DNA from: Myxococcales bacterium
Lineage (GTDB): Bacteria; Lernaellota; Lernaellaia; Lernaellales; Lernaellaceae
NCBI GenBank assembly: GCA_012517325.1
Contig: JAAYVF010000093.1
Coordinates: forward strand, 39,707 to 103,706
Length of the DNA: 64,000 nt
Direction: 5' to 3'
In this document: positions 29,012-38,975 of the stretch, piece after piece
Layout: each line of letters opens with the position of its first letter
Numbering within the stretch: position 1 is the first letter of the stretch
Position numbers and translations under genes: made by a program
Notes under the pieces: model-generated
Seen by the model: the letters and a program-made list of their open reading frames with translations, nothing else
The model's database searches: none
What the model was told of the DNA's origin: nothing

Positions 29012-29886
29012 TTCTATCGATGACGGGCTTCGGACGAGGCGATGCGACGGGTGAAACCGCCCGAATTCAGGTCGACATTCGTTGCGTCAACCATCGCTTC
29101 CTCGACCAGCAACTGCGGATGCCGCGTACCCTGATGCCGCTCGAAGCGGAAGTGCGCGAGCTGGTGAAAACCCACTTCCGCCGGGGCCGTATCGAGGTCG
29201 GCGTCCTGTACGAGCGCATTCGCACCAATCCCGACCGCATCAAAATCGACCGCGAACTGGCGGTCGGCTATCACCGTTTTCTGACCGGCCTGGCGACGGA
29301 ACTAGCCTTGCCCGATCGGCCCACGCTGCAGCTCGTGGCTCAGCAGCCCGGGGTCATCGAGTTGCGCGACGAGGACGAGGACGCGGAAAAAATCCGGCCC
29401 CTGCTGGTCGCGGCGTTTCAAAAGGCCGCCGCCGCGGCGCTGGAGATGCGGCGCAAGGAAGGCGAAGCCCTGGCGCGCGATCTGCGTTCCACGCTGGCGC
29501 GGATGCGGGAACTGATCGCCGCGGTGCGGGTCGCGGCGCCGCAGGCGCAGCAGGAACTGGAAAACCGCTTCCGCGAACGCGCCGCGCAATGGTCGGGCGA
29601 AATCGGCGTTGACCCGTCGCGGTTGCAGCAGGAAGCGGCGCTGTTTCTGACCAAGCTGGACATCAACGAGGAAATCGTGCGGATCGAAAGCCACTTCGCG
29701 CAGGTCGAGGAAATGCTCGGGCTGGACGATTCCATCGGTCGGCGGCTCGATTTTCTCGCTCAGGAAATGCACCGCGAGACGACGACCATGGGCAACAAAT
29801 TGCAGGGCCTGACGCTGACGCGGCTGGTGCTCGACTGCAAGGCGGAAGTCGAGAAATTTCGGGAGCAAGTGCAAAATGTCGATTGA
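29008..29886 (+). CDS. yicC: YicC-family stress-induced protein (UPF0701)
   Basis: MILSMTGFGRG...IQVDIRCVNHRFLD...C-terminal LDINEEIVRIESH; classic YicC N- and C-terminal domains. Confidence 0.85.
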   Translation: MILSMTGFGRGDATGETARIQVDIRCVNHRFLDQQLRMPRTLMPLEAEVRELVKTHFRRGRIEVGVLYERIRTNPDRIKIDRELAVGYHRFLTGLATELALPDRPTLQLVAQQPGVIELRDEDEDAEKIRPLLVAAFQKAAAAALEMRRKEGEALARDLRSTLARMRELIAAVRVAAPQAQQELENRFRERAAQWSGEIGVDPSRLQQEAALFLTKLDINEEIVRIESHFAQVEEMLGLDDSIGRRLDFLAQEMHRETTTMGNKLQGLTLTRLVLDCKAEVEKFREQVQNVD

Positions 29887-30505
29887 GACCAGGCCGGGCA
29901 ATCTGCTGGTGGTGACCGCGCCCAGCGGGGCAGGCAAAACCACGCTCTGCCGCTCGGTGATCGAGCGGCTGGAGCCGACCATCCGCTATTCGATCAGCCA
30001 CACGACGCGACCGCCCCGCGGAAACGAGCGGAACGGCGTCGATTACCATTTCGTCGCCGACGCCGAGTTCGACCGCTTGATCGGCGAGAATCAAATGGCC
30101 GAATGGGCGACCATCCACGGCCACCGCTACGGCACCAGCCGGGCGGAAATCGAAGACAGCCAGGCGCGCGGCCAGGACCTGTTTCTGGATATCGAGGGGC
30201 AGGGGGCGGTGCAGATTAAAAAGCTTTTCCCCCAGGCGATCTTGATTTATATTCTGCCGCCGAGCCTCGCGGATTTGCGCGATCGCCTGCTCCGGCGCGG
30301 CTCCGACGCCCCGGCGGAAATCGAACGGCGTTGGGAAAACGCCCGCCGGGAATTGGCGTTTTTACCGAATTATGATTACATCATCGTCAATGACATCCTG
30401 AGTGAAGCCACGCGCGGGCTGGAAGCGATCGTTCTGGCGGCCCGGCAGCGGCGGGAGAACATGCAAGATGCAATCCGTCGATTCCCTGCTGCCCCGCAAA
30501 GTTAG
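29876..30505 (+). CDS. gmk: Guanylate kinase
   Basis: GNLLVVTAPSGAGKTTL P-loop, ...YSISHTTRPPRGNE... Confidence 0.9.
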   Translation: MSIETRPGNLLVVTAPSGAGKTTLCRSVIERLEPTIRYSISHTTRPPRGNERNGVDYHFVADAEFDRLIGENQMAEWATIHGHRYGTSRAEIEDSQARGQDLFLDIEGQGAVQIKKLFPQAILIYILPPSLADLRDRLLRRGSDAPAEIERRWENARRELAFLPNYDYIIVNDILSEATRGLEAIVLAARQRRENMQDAIRRFPAAPQS

Positions 30506-32645
30506 ACCCGATGATATCATCCGCGAGGTGCGACGGTACCTCACGGAGCCCGACATCGAGCTGATCCGCCGCGCGTATGTCTTCGCCATGCACCATCACG
30601 AGGGGCAGGCCCGCTACAGCGGCACGCCCTACATCGAGCACCCGATCGCCACCGCCTACGTCCTGGCCCTGATGAAGATGGACGAGAAAACCATCGCCAC
30701 GGGCCTGCTGCACGACACCCTCGAGGACTGCCCCAACGTCGACCGCAAGCTGATCACCAACCTCTTCGGCGAGGAGATCGCCGCGCTGGTGGACGGGGTC
30801 AGCAAAATTTCGCAGATGAAGTTCGACAGCCAGGAACAACGGCAGGCGGAGAACTTCAAGAAGATCCTGCTGGCGACGGCGAAGGACATCCGGGTGCTGT
30901 TGGTCAAGCTCGCCGACCGCCTGCACAACATGTACACGCTCGAGTACGTCCCACGCGAAAAGCGCGGCCGCATCGCGCGCGAAACGATGGAAATCTACGT
31001 GCCGCTGGCGCACCGCCTCGGCGTGCAATGGATCAAGTCGGCGCTGGAAGACCTGTCGTTCCGCTACCTGAATCCCGAGGCGTACTACAACTTGGTGATG
31101 AAGCTGTCGCGCGGCCGGAAGGAGCGCGAATCCTACATCGAGGAAGTGATCGGCATCCTGCGCAACTTCCTGGCCCAGCACAACATCGCCGTGGAGATCA
31201 GCGGCCGCATCAAAGGCTTGCACTCGATCTACCGCAAGATGCAGGCGCAGAACCTGAGCTTCGAGGAGGTGATGGACATCATCGCCTTCCGGATCATCGT
31301 CACCTCGGTGGCCGAGTGCTACGAGGTGCTGGGGCTGATCCACTCGATGTGGCGGCCGATCCCCGGGCGCTTCAAAGATTACCTCGCGCTGCCCAAAGCC
31401 AACATGTACCAGAGCCTGCACACCACGGTCATCGGGCCGAAGAACGAGCGGATGGAAGTGCAGATCCGCACCCAGGAAATGCACCGCGTGGCGGAACTGG
31501 GTGTCGCCGCCCACTGGCGCTACAAGGCGAGCGGCAACCCGGATCGCGACTCCCGCCAGTTCGACTGGCTGCGGCAGATCATGGAGTGGCACAAGGAATC
31601 CGACGACCCGCGGGCCTTCCTCTCGGGCCTCAAGATGGACCTGTTCAGCGAGGAGGTTTACGTCTTCACGCCCAAGGGCGACGTGATCAACCTGCCGAAG
31701 GGCGCCACGCCGGTCGACTTCGCCTACCGCATCCACACGCAGGTCGGCAACACGTGCGCCGGCGCCAAGATCAACGGCCGCATGGTGCCGCTGCGCTACG
31801 AGCTGCAAAGCGGCGATCGCGTCGAGGTCACGACGAAGAAGGATCAAAAGCCCAGCCGCGACTGGCTGCAATTCGTCAAAACCGCCACCGCCCGCGCGAA
31901 AATCCGTTCGTTCCTCAAGGAAGAGGAACTCGAGCGCAGCCTGGCCGCCGGCCGCGCCATGCTCGACAAGGAATTGCAGAAATACAAGCAAAACCTCAGT
32001 AAAATCGAAAAATCCGGCCAGTTGGACGAGGTGGCCAAAACCCTCAACTACAAGGATGGCCAGTCACTCCTGGCCGGGCTCGGCTACGGCAAGGTTTCGA
32101 TCAAATACATTCTGGCCGAAATCGTCGGCGCCGAACATTTGCAGGAAGAGCTGAAGGAAAGCGCCATCGACCGTCTCTTGCGGCCGCTGAAACGGAAAAA
32201 ATCCGGCGGCATCAAGATCCACGGCATCGACGACGTGCTGTTCCGCATGGCCAAGTGCTGCAATCCGGTGCCGGGCGAAGCGGTGGTCGGTTTCGTGACG
32301 CGCGGCCGGGGCATCACCGTCCATACGCTGGATTGCCCGATCGCGCAGGATCAGCCCGAAGAACGGCGCGTCGAAGTCGAATGGGAACTGAGCGCCAGCG
32401 CCAAAATGGTGCCGACGGAGGTCACCGTCCGCATCGCCGACCGCAAGGGTATCCTGGCCGAGATCACCACCGTGATGAACTCGCTCGAGATCAACATCGA
32501 CGAAGTCCATTCCAAGCATCGCCCCGACGACACGGTCGATCTGCAATTCGTGCTGCAGATCCGCGACATCGATCAACTGACGCGCGTCCTCGCCGAAACC
32601 CGCAAACTCAAAGGGGTGCTCTCGGTCGAACGCGCCCACCACTGA
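30468..32645 (+). CDS. Bifunctional (p)ppGpp synthetase/hydrolase, RelA/SpoT family
   Basis: HD domain (HHHEGQ...LLHDTLEDC), synthetase domain (RIKGLHSIYRKM...DIIAFRII), TGS and ACT regions. Internal ATG chosen; the track ORF started upstream. Confidence 0.9.
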   Translation: MQSVDSLLPRKVRPDDIIREVRRYLTEPDIELIRRAYVFAMHHHEGQARYSGTPYIEHPIATAYVLALMKMDEKTIATGLLHDTLEDCPNVDRKLITNLFGEEIAALVDGVSKISQMKFDSQEQRQAENFKKILLATAKDIRVLLVKLADRLHNMYTLEYVPREKRGRIARETMEIYVPLAHRLGVQWIKSALEDLSFRYLNPEAYYNLVMKLSRGRKERESYIEEVIGILRNFLAQHNIAVEISGRIKGLHSIYRKMQAQNLSFEEVMDIIAFRIIVTSVAECYEVLGLIHSMWRPIPGRFKDYLALPKANMYQSLHTTVIGPKNERMEVQIRTQEMHRVAELGVAAHWRYKASGNPDRDSRQFDWLRQIMEWHKESDDPRAFLSGLKMDLFSEEVYVFTPKGDVINLPKGATPVDFAYRIHTQVGNTCAGAKINGRMVPLRYELQSGDRVEVTTKKDQKPSRDWLQFVKTATARAKIRSFLKEEELERSLAAGRAMLDKELQKYKQNLSKIEKSGQLDEVAKTLNYKDGQSLLAGLGYGKVSIKYILAEIVGAEHLQEELKESAIDRLLRPLKRKKSGGIKIHGIDDVLFRMAKCCNPVPGEAVVGFVTRGRGITVHTLDCPIAQDQPEERRVEVEWELSASAKMVPTEVTVRIADRKGILAEITTVMNSLEINIDEVHSKHRPDDTVDLQFVLQIRDIDQLTRVLAETRKLKGVLSVERAHH

Positions 32646-32662
32646 ATCGAGAAAATCCGAAA

Positions 32663-35600
32663 TTATCCCTCGCTCGCGGACCGCGCGGCCGGCCGATCGG
32701 TTTTCAACTTCCACAATTTGAAGATGGCGGGATAAACGACCAGTTCCAGGATGAAGGAAGTCAGCAGGCCGCCGATCATCGGGGCCGCGATGCGCTTCAT
32801 GACGTCGGTGCCGGTGGCGGTGGACCACATGATCGGCAGCAGGCCCATGAAGGCCGCGGCGACGGTCATCATTTTCGGGCGGGCGCGTTTCACGGCGCCG
32901 TGAACGATCGCTTCGTCGAGGTCGGCGCCATCGCGCAATTCGCCGCGTTGCCGTGCCTCATTGTAGGACAGGTCGAGGAAGAGCAGCATGAACACGCCCG
33001 TCTCCGCGTCGAGGCCCAGCAGGGCGATCATCCCGACCCAGGCGGCGATCGAAACGTTGTACCCCAGCAGGTAGAAGAGCCAGATCGCGCCGACGGCGGA
33101 GAAGGGAACCGCGAGCATGACCACCGTGGTTTTGAACACGCTGCGGGTGTTGAGGTAGAGCAGCAGGAAGATCAGGAGCAGCGTGATCGGCACCACGATT
33201 TTCAGCCGCTCCCGGACGCGCAGCATGTTCTCGTACTGGCCGCTCCACGTCAGCATGTAGCCGGCCGGCAAGGCCAGTTGTCTCACCACGGCCTGCTTGG
33301 CCTCGGCGACGTACCCACCGATGTCGCGGTCGGCGATGTCCACGTAAACGTAACCGGCCAGGAAGCCGTTTTCGTCGCGGAGCATCGACGGCCCCTGAAC
33401 CAGCCGAATCGCGGCGAGTTGGGCCAGCGGCACTTGCAGACCGCTGGGCGTCGTGACGAGAATGCGCCCGAGCGTTTCGGGATCGTCGCGTAATTCGCGT
33501 GGATAACGTACGTTGACGGGATAGCGTTCCCGGCCCTCGACGGTGGTCGTGACGTTCTGGCCGCCGATGGCGCTCATCACGACATCCTGCAATTGACCGA
33601 TGGTCAGACCGTAGCGGGCGAGCTGCTCGCGCTGCGGGTCGATATCGACGAAATAGCCGCCCGCCACCCGTTCGGCGTAAACGCTGCGCGTGCCTGGAAT
33701 CTCGCGCAGAATGCTTTCCAGGTGTGTGCCGATCCGCTCGATCTCTTGCGGTTCGTTGCCGAATATTTTAATGCCGATCGGCGTACGGACGCCCGTCGAA
33801 AGCATGTCGATCCGGGCCTTGATCGGCATGGTCCAGGCGTTGGTGACGCCGGGGATGCGCAGGGCCCGGTCGAGTTCGTCGATCAATTCCTCCCACGAAA
33901 TCCGATCGGGCCAGACCAGCCGAAACGGCGCCTGCAGAATTTCGGGCAGGAAAGAATACCACCGTTTTTTGGATCGCCATTCGTTTTCCGGCCGGAGGAT
34001 CACCGTCGTTTCCATCATCGAAAACGGCGCCGGGTCGGTGGAGGTTTCGGCGCGGCCGGCCTTGCCGAAGACGCTGGCGACCTCGGGGAAGGAGCGGATC
34101 GCGCGATCCTGCGTTTCCAGTAGGTCGCGCGCCGCCGTGACGGAAATGCCGGGCAGCGTCGTGGGCATGTAGAGAATGGAGCCTTCCTTCAGGGGAGGCA
34201 TGAATTCGGAGCCCAACTTGAAATAGACGGGGATGCTGACGGCCACGAGCGCCATGGCGCCGCCGATCGTTTTCCAGGGATGGCGCAGCACGAACCGGCA
34301 CGCCGGCTCATAGACCCGGAAAATCGCCCGGCTGATCGGGTGCCGATCCTCGGCGTAATACTTGCCGACAAAAGCGGCCGTCGCGAGTCGGGAAAGCCAT
34401 TGCGGTTTGAAGCGATACGGCTCGATGCGCGCGAAGAGCATGCGCAAGGCCGGGTCGAGCGTGATCGCCAGGAGCGCGGCGATGGCCATGGCGAGGTTTT
34501 TCGAATAGGCGAGCGGCTTGAACAGGCGGCCTTCCTGATCGACCAGCGTGAAGATCGGGAGAAACGCCACGGCGATCACCAACAGCGAAAAAAAGACCGA
34601 CGGGCCGACTTCCTTGAGGGCTTCGAGCCGCACGTGGTGAAATTCCTCGTTGCTCCCGCCACCGGCCGCCTGCCAATGATGGATCTTGTTGTAGGCGTTC
34701 TCCACTTCCACGATCGCGCCGTCCACCAAGACGCCGATCGAGATCGCGATGCCGGCAAGCGACATGATATTGACCGTCAGGCCCAGAAGATAAAAAGGAA
34801 TGAACGCCAGCAGCACCGACACCGGAATGGTGATGATGGGAACGATCGAGGACGGAATGTGCCAGAGGAAAAGCAGAATCACCAGCGAGACGATGATGAT
34901 TTCCTCCGTGAGCTTGCTACGCAAGGTTTCGATCGCCCGCTCGATCAGTGTGGATCGGTCGTACGTCGTGACGATTTCGACTCCCTTGGGCAGCGAGGGC
35001 TTGAGTTCGGCCAGTTTTTGCTTGACCCGCGCGATGACGTTCAAGGCGTTTTCGCCGTGCCGCATCACGACGATGCCGCCGACGGCGTCCCCTTCGCCGT
35101 TCAGATCGGAGATGCCACGGCGGATTTCGGGGCCCAGTCCCACGGTGGCGATATCGCGCAGCAGCACCGGTACGCCGTTTTCGTCGGTCTTCACGACGAT
35201 TTTCTCAAAATCGGCCAGACTCGCGGCGTAACCCCGGCCGCGCACCATATATTCCGTGCCGCTCCATTCGAGCAACCGGCCGCCGACCTCGTTATTGGAT
35301 CGGCGGACCGCCGCCATCACGTCATCGAGCGAAAGCTTGAACGCGACCAGCCGATTCGGATCGACGGTGATCTGGTACTGTTTGACATAGCCGCCGATGG
35401 AGGCGACTTCGGCGACTCCCGGCACGGACTGCAGCGCGTAACGGAGCGTCCAATCCTGATAGGAGCGGAGTTGGTCGAGCGACAGGGAGTTCGTTTTGTC
35501 GACCAGCGCGTATTGAAAGATCCAGCCGACGCCGGACGCATCGGGCCCGAGTTCGGTCTGCACCCCTTCGGGAAGCCGCGACTGAATCTTCGACAAGTAT

Positions 35601-35932
35601 TCGACCACGCGCGACCGCGCCCAGTAGATGTCGGTGCCTTCCTGAAAAATGATGTAGACATACGAAAAGCCGAAATCGGAAAAACCGCGGATCGCCTTGA
35701 CCCGCGGCGCGCCGAGCAACGCCGAGATGATCGGGTAGGTGACTTGCGATTCGAGGATGTCGGGCGACCGGTCCCAGCGCGAATAAATAATGACTTGCGT
35801 GTCGGACAAGTCCGGCAGCGCGTCCAACCGGATGTTTTGCAGAATGTAGAACGCCACGGCCGCGAGCACGGCGACGCCGATCAGCACCAGCGCCCGGTTG
35901 TGCGCGGAGAACGTGATGATTCGTCTGATCAT
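32663..35932 (-). CDS. Heavy-metal efflux RND transporter, CusA/CzcA family
   Basis: 1089 aa, N-terminus IRRIITFSAHNRALVLIGVAVLAAV...ALPDLSDTQVIIYSRWD..SPDILESQVTYPI is typical of HME-RND pumps, with 12 TM helices. Confidence 0.9.
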   Translation of the reverse strand: MIRRIITFSAHNRALVLIGVAVLAAVAFYILQNIRLDALPDLSDTQVIIYSRWDRSPDILESQVTYPIISALLGAPRVKAIRGFSDFGFSYVYIIFQEGTDIYWARSRVVEYLSKIQSRLPEGVQTELGPDASGVGWIFQYALVDKTNSLSLDQLRSYQDWTLRYALQSVPGVAEVASIGGYVKQYQITVDPNRLVAFKLSLDDVMAAVRRSNNEVGGRLLEWSGTEYMVRGRGYAASLADFEKIVVKTDENGVPVLLRDIATVGLGPEIRRGISDLNGEGDAVGGIVVMRHGENALNVIARVKQKLAELKPSLPKGVEIVTTYDRSTLIERAIETLRSKLTEEIIIVSLVILLFLWHIPSSIVPIITIPVSVLLAFIPFYLLGLTVNIMSLAGIAISIGVLVDGAIVEVENAYNKIHHWQAAGGGSNEEFHHVRLEALKEVGPSVFFSLLVIAVAFLPIFTLVDQEGRLFKPLAYSKNLAMAIAALLAITLDPALRMLFARIEPYRFKPQWLSRLATAAFVGKYYAEDRHPISRAIFRVYEPACRFVLRHPWKTIGGAMALVAVSIPVYFKLGSEFMPPLKEGSILYMPTTLPGISVTAARDLLETQDRAIRSFPEVASVFGKAGRAETSTDPAPFSMMETTVILRPENEWRSKKRWYSFLPEILQAPFRLVWPDRISWEELIDELDRALRIPGVTNAWTMPIKARIDMLSTGVRTPIGIKIFGNEPQEIERIGTHLESILREIPGTRSVYAERVAGGYFVDIDPQREQLARYGLTIGQLQDVVMSAIGGQNVTTTVEGRERYPVNVRYPRELRDDPETLGRILVTTPSGLQVPLAQLAAIRLVQGPSMLRDENGFLAGYVYVDIADRDIGGYVAEAKQAVVRQLALPAGYMLTWSGQYENMLRVRERLKIVVPITLLLIFLLLYLNTRSVFKTTVVMLAVPFSAVGAIWLFYLLGYNVSIAAWVGMIALLGLDAETGVFMLLFLDLSYNEARQRGELRDGADLDEAIVHGAVKRARPKMMTVAAAFMGLLPIMWSTATGTDVMKRIAAPMIGGLLTSFILELVVYPAIFKLWKLKTDRPAARSASEG

Positions 35933-35935
35933 GGA

Positions 35936-37456
35936 TCACTGTCCCCCGTGCGGGAGGTCCGGCGTCCCATTCGTCGCGGAAATGGCGGCTTTCAGGCGCG
36001 CTTCGGAATCAAGGAGAAAATTGGCGCGTACAACGACTTTTTCGCCCGCCGCAACGCCGGATTGGACTTGCACCATTCCAGCGGATTTGTTGCCGATCCG
36101 CACTTCGCGTGGTTCGAACCGGCCGGGGGCGGTTTCCACGAAGACCACCTGCCGCGCGCCGGTGTCGAGCACGGCGGATTCGGGAAAGGTAATGCCCGTG
36201 GATTCGTCGACGCTCAACTCGACATTCGCGTACATGGCGGGCTTGAGGATGAGGTTTTTGTTCGGCACGTCAAAGCGCACTTTCAAGGTGCGGCTGGTCG
36301 CGCTCAAGGTCGGGTAGATGTAGGCGACTCGGCCGTCGAGGCGGACGCTCGGATCAAAGGAAAGCGTTAATTCGGCCTTTTGTCCCAGGCGCAGGCGAGG
36401 GATTTCGTATTCGTAAAAATCGGCCTCGATCCAGACATGCGACAAATCGGTGATCGTGAACAGCTCCATCGAAGGATCGACTTGCTGCCCCTCGAAGATC
36501 TGCTTGGCGGTGATGAAACCGCCGGCCGGTGCGACGATCGTGACCGTTCGCTGCGGCTGCCCGGTCTGCTCGATTTTGGCGATCAGGCTCGCCGGCACGT
36601 CGAACAGCTCCAAACGTCGCCGCGCGGCCGTGACCAGGTCATTTCCTCCCGCCTGAACCTCGGGGAGGGAAGAATTCGCGAACTTCTTCGCGGTTTCCAT
36701 GGCGCGAAGATATTCTTCCTGGCTCGCCAATAGTTCAGGTGAATAAATGGCCAGAATCGGTTGGCCGGCTTTGACGGCCTGGCCGATGAAATCGCCGTAC
36801 AACTTTTCGATCGTGCCGGAAACCTTGGTATGCAGGTGTTTGATGCGCGTTTCGTCGGCAATGACCGTCCCGACGGTTCGAATAACGCCGCCGATTCGGC
36901 TTTCTGTCGCCGCGGCAGTCTGCACTCCGGCCAAATCCATCCCTTGCGGCGACAGTGTCACCGGCGCCATTCCGGATACTGCATTGCCGCCGTTTTCCAC
37001 GACCTCACCCTCATAGACGGGAACAAAATCCATTCCCATCTCATCTTTCGCTGGGACTGGAGAAGTGACTTTAGGGTCCATGGGGCTGCGGTAGTAGAGA
37101 ATTTTCCCCTTGCCGGCCATCGCGGCGGAAGCCGCAGGAGTCGATTCCTTGAGAACCAGGTCCATGCTGCAGATCGGGCATTTGCCTGGATGATCGGCGA
37201 TCACTTCGGGGTGCATCGGGCAGGTATAGACTGTCGCGGCTTCGGCCGGCGCCGGTGTCGGCGAATTTTCCATCGGCACCAATCGCATGCCGCAGATCGG
37301 GCAGTCGCCAGGCCTGTCGCTGATATAAGTGGGGTGCATCGGGCAGTGGTAGAGAACCTTCACCGAGCCCCGCGAATTGCAAGCGGCGGTCGCCAAGGCG
37401 AAGGAAAAGGCCAGCAGCAAGGCGAAAAGCAAAATCCGCCGGCGTAATGGTTTCAT
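35936..37456 (-). CDS. Efflux RND periplasmic adaptor (CusB/CzcB-like) with tandem N-terminal YxCPMHP...CPxC heavy-metal-binding domains
   Basis: Signal/lipobox ATAAC. Two copies of YHCPMHP...GDCPICGM / YTCPMHPE...GKCPICSM, followed by the membrane-fusion-protein beta-barrel/lipoyl region. Confidence 0.8.
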   Translation of the reverse strand: MKPLRRRILLFALLLAFSFALATAACNSRGSVKVLYHCPMHPTYISDRPGDCPICGMRLVPMENSPTPAPAEAATVYTCPMHPEVIADHPGKCPICSMDLVLKESTPAASAAMAGKGKILYYRSPMDPKVTSPVPAKDEMGMDFVPVYEGEVVENGGNAVSGMAPVTLSPQGMDLAGVQTAAATESRIGGVIRTVGTVIADETRIKHLHTKVSGTIEKLYGDFIGQAVKAGQPILAIYSPELLASQEEYLRAMETAKKFANSSLPEVQAGGNDLVTAARRRLELFDVPASLIAKIEQTGQPQRTVTIVAPAGGFITAKQIFEGQQVDPSMELFTITDLSHVWIEADFYEYEIPRLRLGQKAELTLSFDPSVRLDGRVAYIYPTLSATSRTLKVRFDVPNKNLILKPAMYANVELSVDESTGITFPESAVLDTGARQVVFVETAPGRFEPREVRIGNKSAGMVQVQSGVAAGEKVVVRANFLLDSEARLKAAISATNGTPDLPHGGQ

Positions 37457-38751
37457 GGGGTCTCTCCCTGGCTCTGCGCATCGAGCGGCCGCAGCGCGTC
37501 CAGTTCCGCCCAGGTCGCGTAGCGTTCGGCTTCACGACGCGCCAGCTCGATCCGCGATTCGAGCCACAGGTTGAAGTCGGTGATGACCGTGAGGAAATCG
37601 CCGCGGCCGGTGAGATAGGACGAGCGGGCAGCCGCCAACGCCGCTTCGGTCTGCGGCAGAATGGCTTGCTGGTATAAAACAATCAGGTTCTCGTTCCGCC
37701 GCCACTCGGATTCCAACCGCGAGAAGTCAGCCCGTAAAGCGGCAGCGGTTTCGCGCTGTCGGTCGGCAGCCATTTCCCGTTCGTGTTCCGCCGCCCGAAG
37801 CAGCGGGCGTTGTTTGCTCGTCTGCCAGATGGGCAGGGTGATGCCGAACTTCAGCATCGCCATCGGCATCTGCGAATTGTCGAGGTAGTTTTTCTCCAAC
37901 ACGCCGCCCAGGCCGACGAGGAAGTCCGGATAAACTTCTTTTTGGGCGGAGTCCAGGCGGCGATCGGCGGCAGCGACGGCGGCCTTTTGCGAGGCCATGT
38001 CGGGCGTTTGCCGCACTGCGTTCTCGCCGCCGAAGGACGGGGTTTGCACCGCGGGCAAAGCCGCGACCTCGCCCAGCGGTTCATCGCTGGACTGATTCAG
38101 CAGGCGGTTGAGTTCCGTCACCCGGCTTTTCCGGTCCGCCGCGAGATTGTGCTGCCGGGCGGTGACTTGAGAGACGGCGAGTTGCGTTTTTAGCAGCGCC
38201 TCCTGATCCTCCTGGCCGGCGACGTACCGGGCGCTGGCGGTGTCGGCGATCAATTTCAACAGATCCTTGGCAACTTCCAGGTAGCGTTTTTCCTGGTCGA
38301 GGGCGTAGATTTTCGCGTAGGTCGCGCGAACGTCGAATGCCAATTGTCGCTCGGCTTTTTTCAGTTCGACGGCTTGCTGGTCCGCTTCGGCGGATGCGGT
38401 CTCGCGGCGCGACTTGAGTTTTCCCGGAAACGGCAATTCCTGGCTGAACTCGAGCGTTCCCTTTGCAAAATCGGGGTCGGGCATGAAGTTTTCCTGTCCG
38501 GAAAACTCCAGCATCGGGTCGGCAAGGGCCCCCGCCGGTTTCACCTGTTCCCGCGCGGCGGCGATTTTGGCCCGTTGCGCCGCGATCGTCGGTGATTTTT
38601 CCAGTGCGCGGGCCACCAGTTCATCGACCGGTGGCGCGGGCGGAGAATTGGCGGCAATGGACGGAGCGGCGCTTTCATTGGTTGATTGGGCGCGAAGCAC
38701 GGCAGGGATGAAAATTGTCATCATTACCAAAAACGCCGCCAACCACCTCAT
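37453..38751 (-). CDS. TolC-family outer-membrane efflux protein (CusC/CzcC-like)
   Basis: Signal peptide plus two tandem OEP repeats. 4-nt overlap with the adaptor gene. Confidence 0.8.
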   Translation of the reverse strand: MRWLAAFLVMMTIFIPAVLRAQSTNESAAPSIAANSPPAPPVDELVARALEKSPTIAAQRAKIAAAREQVKPAGALADPMLEFSGQENFMPDPDFAKGTLEFSQELPFPGKLKSRRETASAEADQQAVELKKAERQLAFDVRATYAKIYALDQEKRYLEVAKDLLKLIADTASARYVAGQEDQEALLKTQLAVSQVTARQHNLAADRKSRVTELNRLLNQSSDEPLGEVAALPAVQTPSFGGENAVRQTPDMASQKAAVAAADRRLDSAQKEVYPDFLVGLGGVLEKNYLDNSQMPMAMLKFGITLPIWQTSKQRPLLRAAEHEREMAADRQRETAAALRADFSRLESEWRRNENLIVLYQQAILPQTEAALAAARSSYLTGRGDFLTVITDFNLWLESRIELARREAERYATWAELDALRPLDAQSQGETP

Positions 38752-38786
38752 GACCTTACCTCGTTGATCCCGATCACGGTGCCCAC

Positions 38787-38805
38787 TTGGTTACAAATTA
38801 ACCAA
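38787..38805. promoter_or_regulatory. Palindrome TTGGTTA-N5-TAACCAA 36-54 bp upstream of the czcC-like start; candidate operator
   Basis: Perfect 7-bp inverted arms, read directly, within the divergent promoter region between the efflux operon and the GT-C-like gene. Confidence 0.4.
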
Positions 38806-38975
38806 TTTTTCGGATTGCGCTGGAAACTCGACAATTTATCTCAATTTTTCCGAGTAATTGAACAACCACGGCCCGTTTGCCGGTCTTGTCAAGGTTATTA
38901 TTCGTTTTTATGTCGGGTAAAAATCGAAAAGTACTCGCCATCGCAAAGGCTTTCTGATAGGGTGGCGCAAACGCA

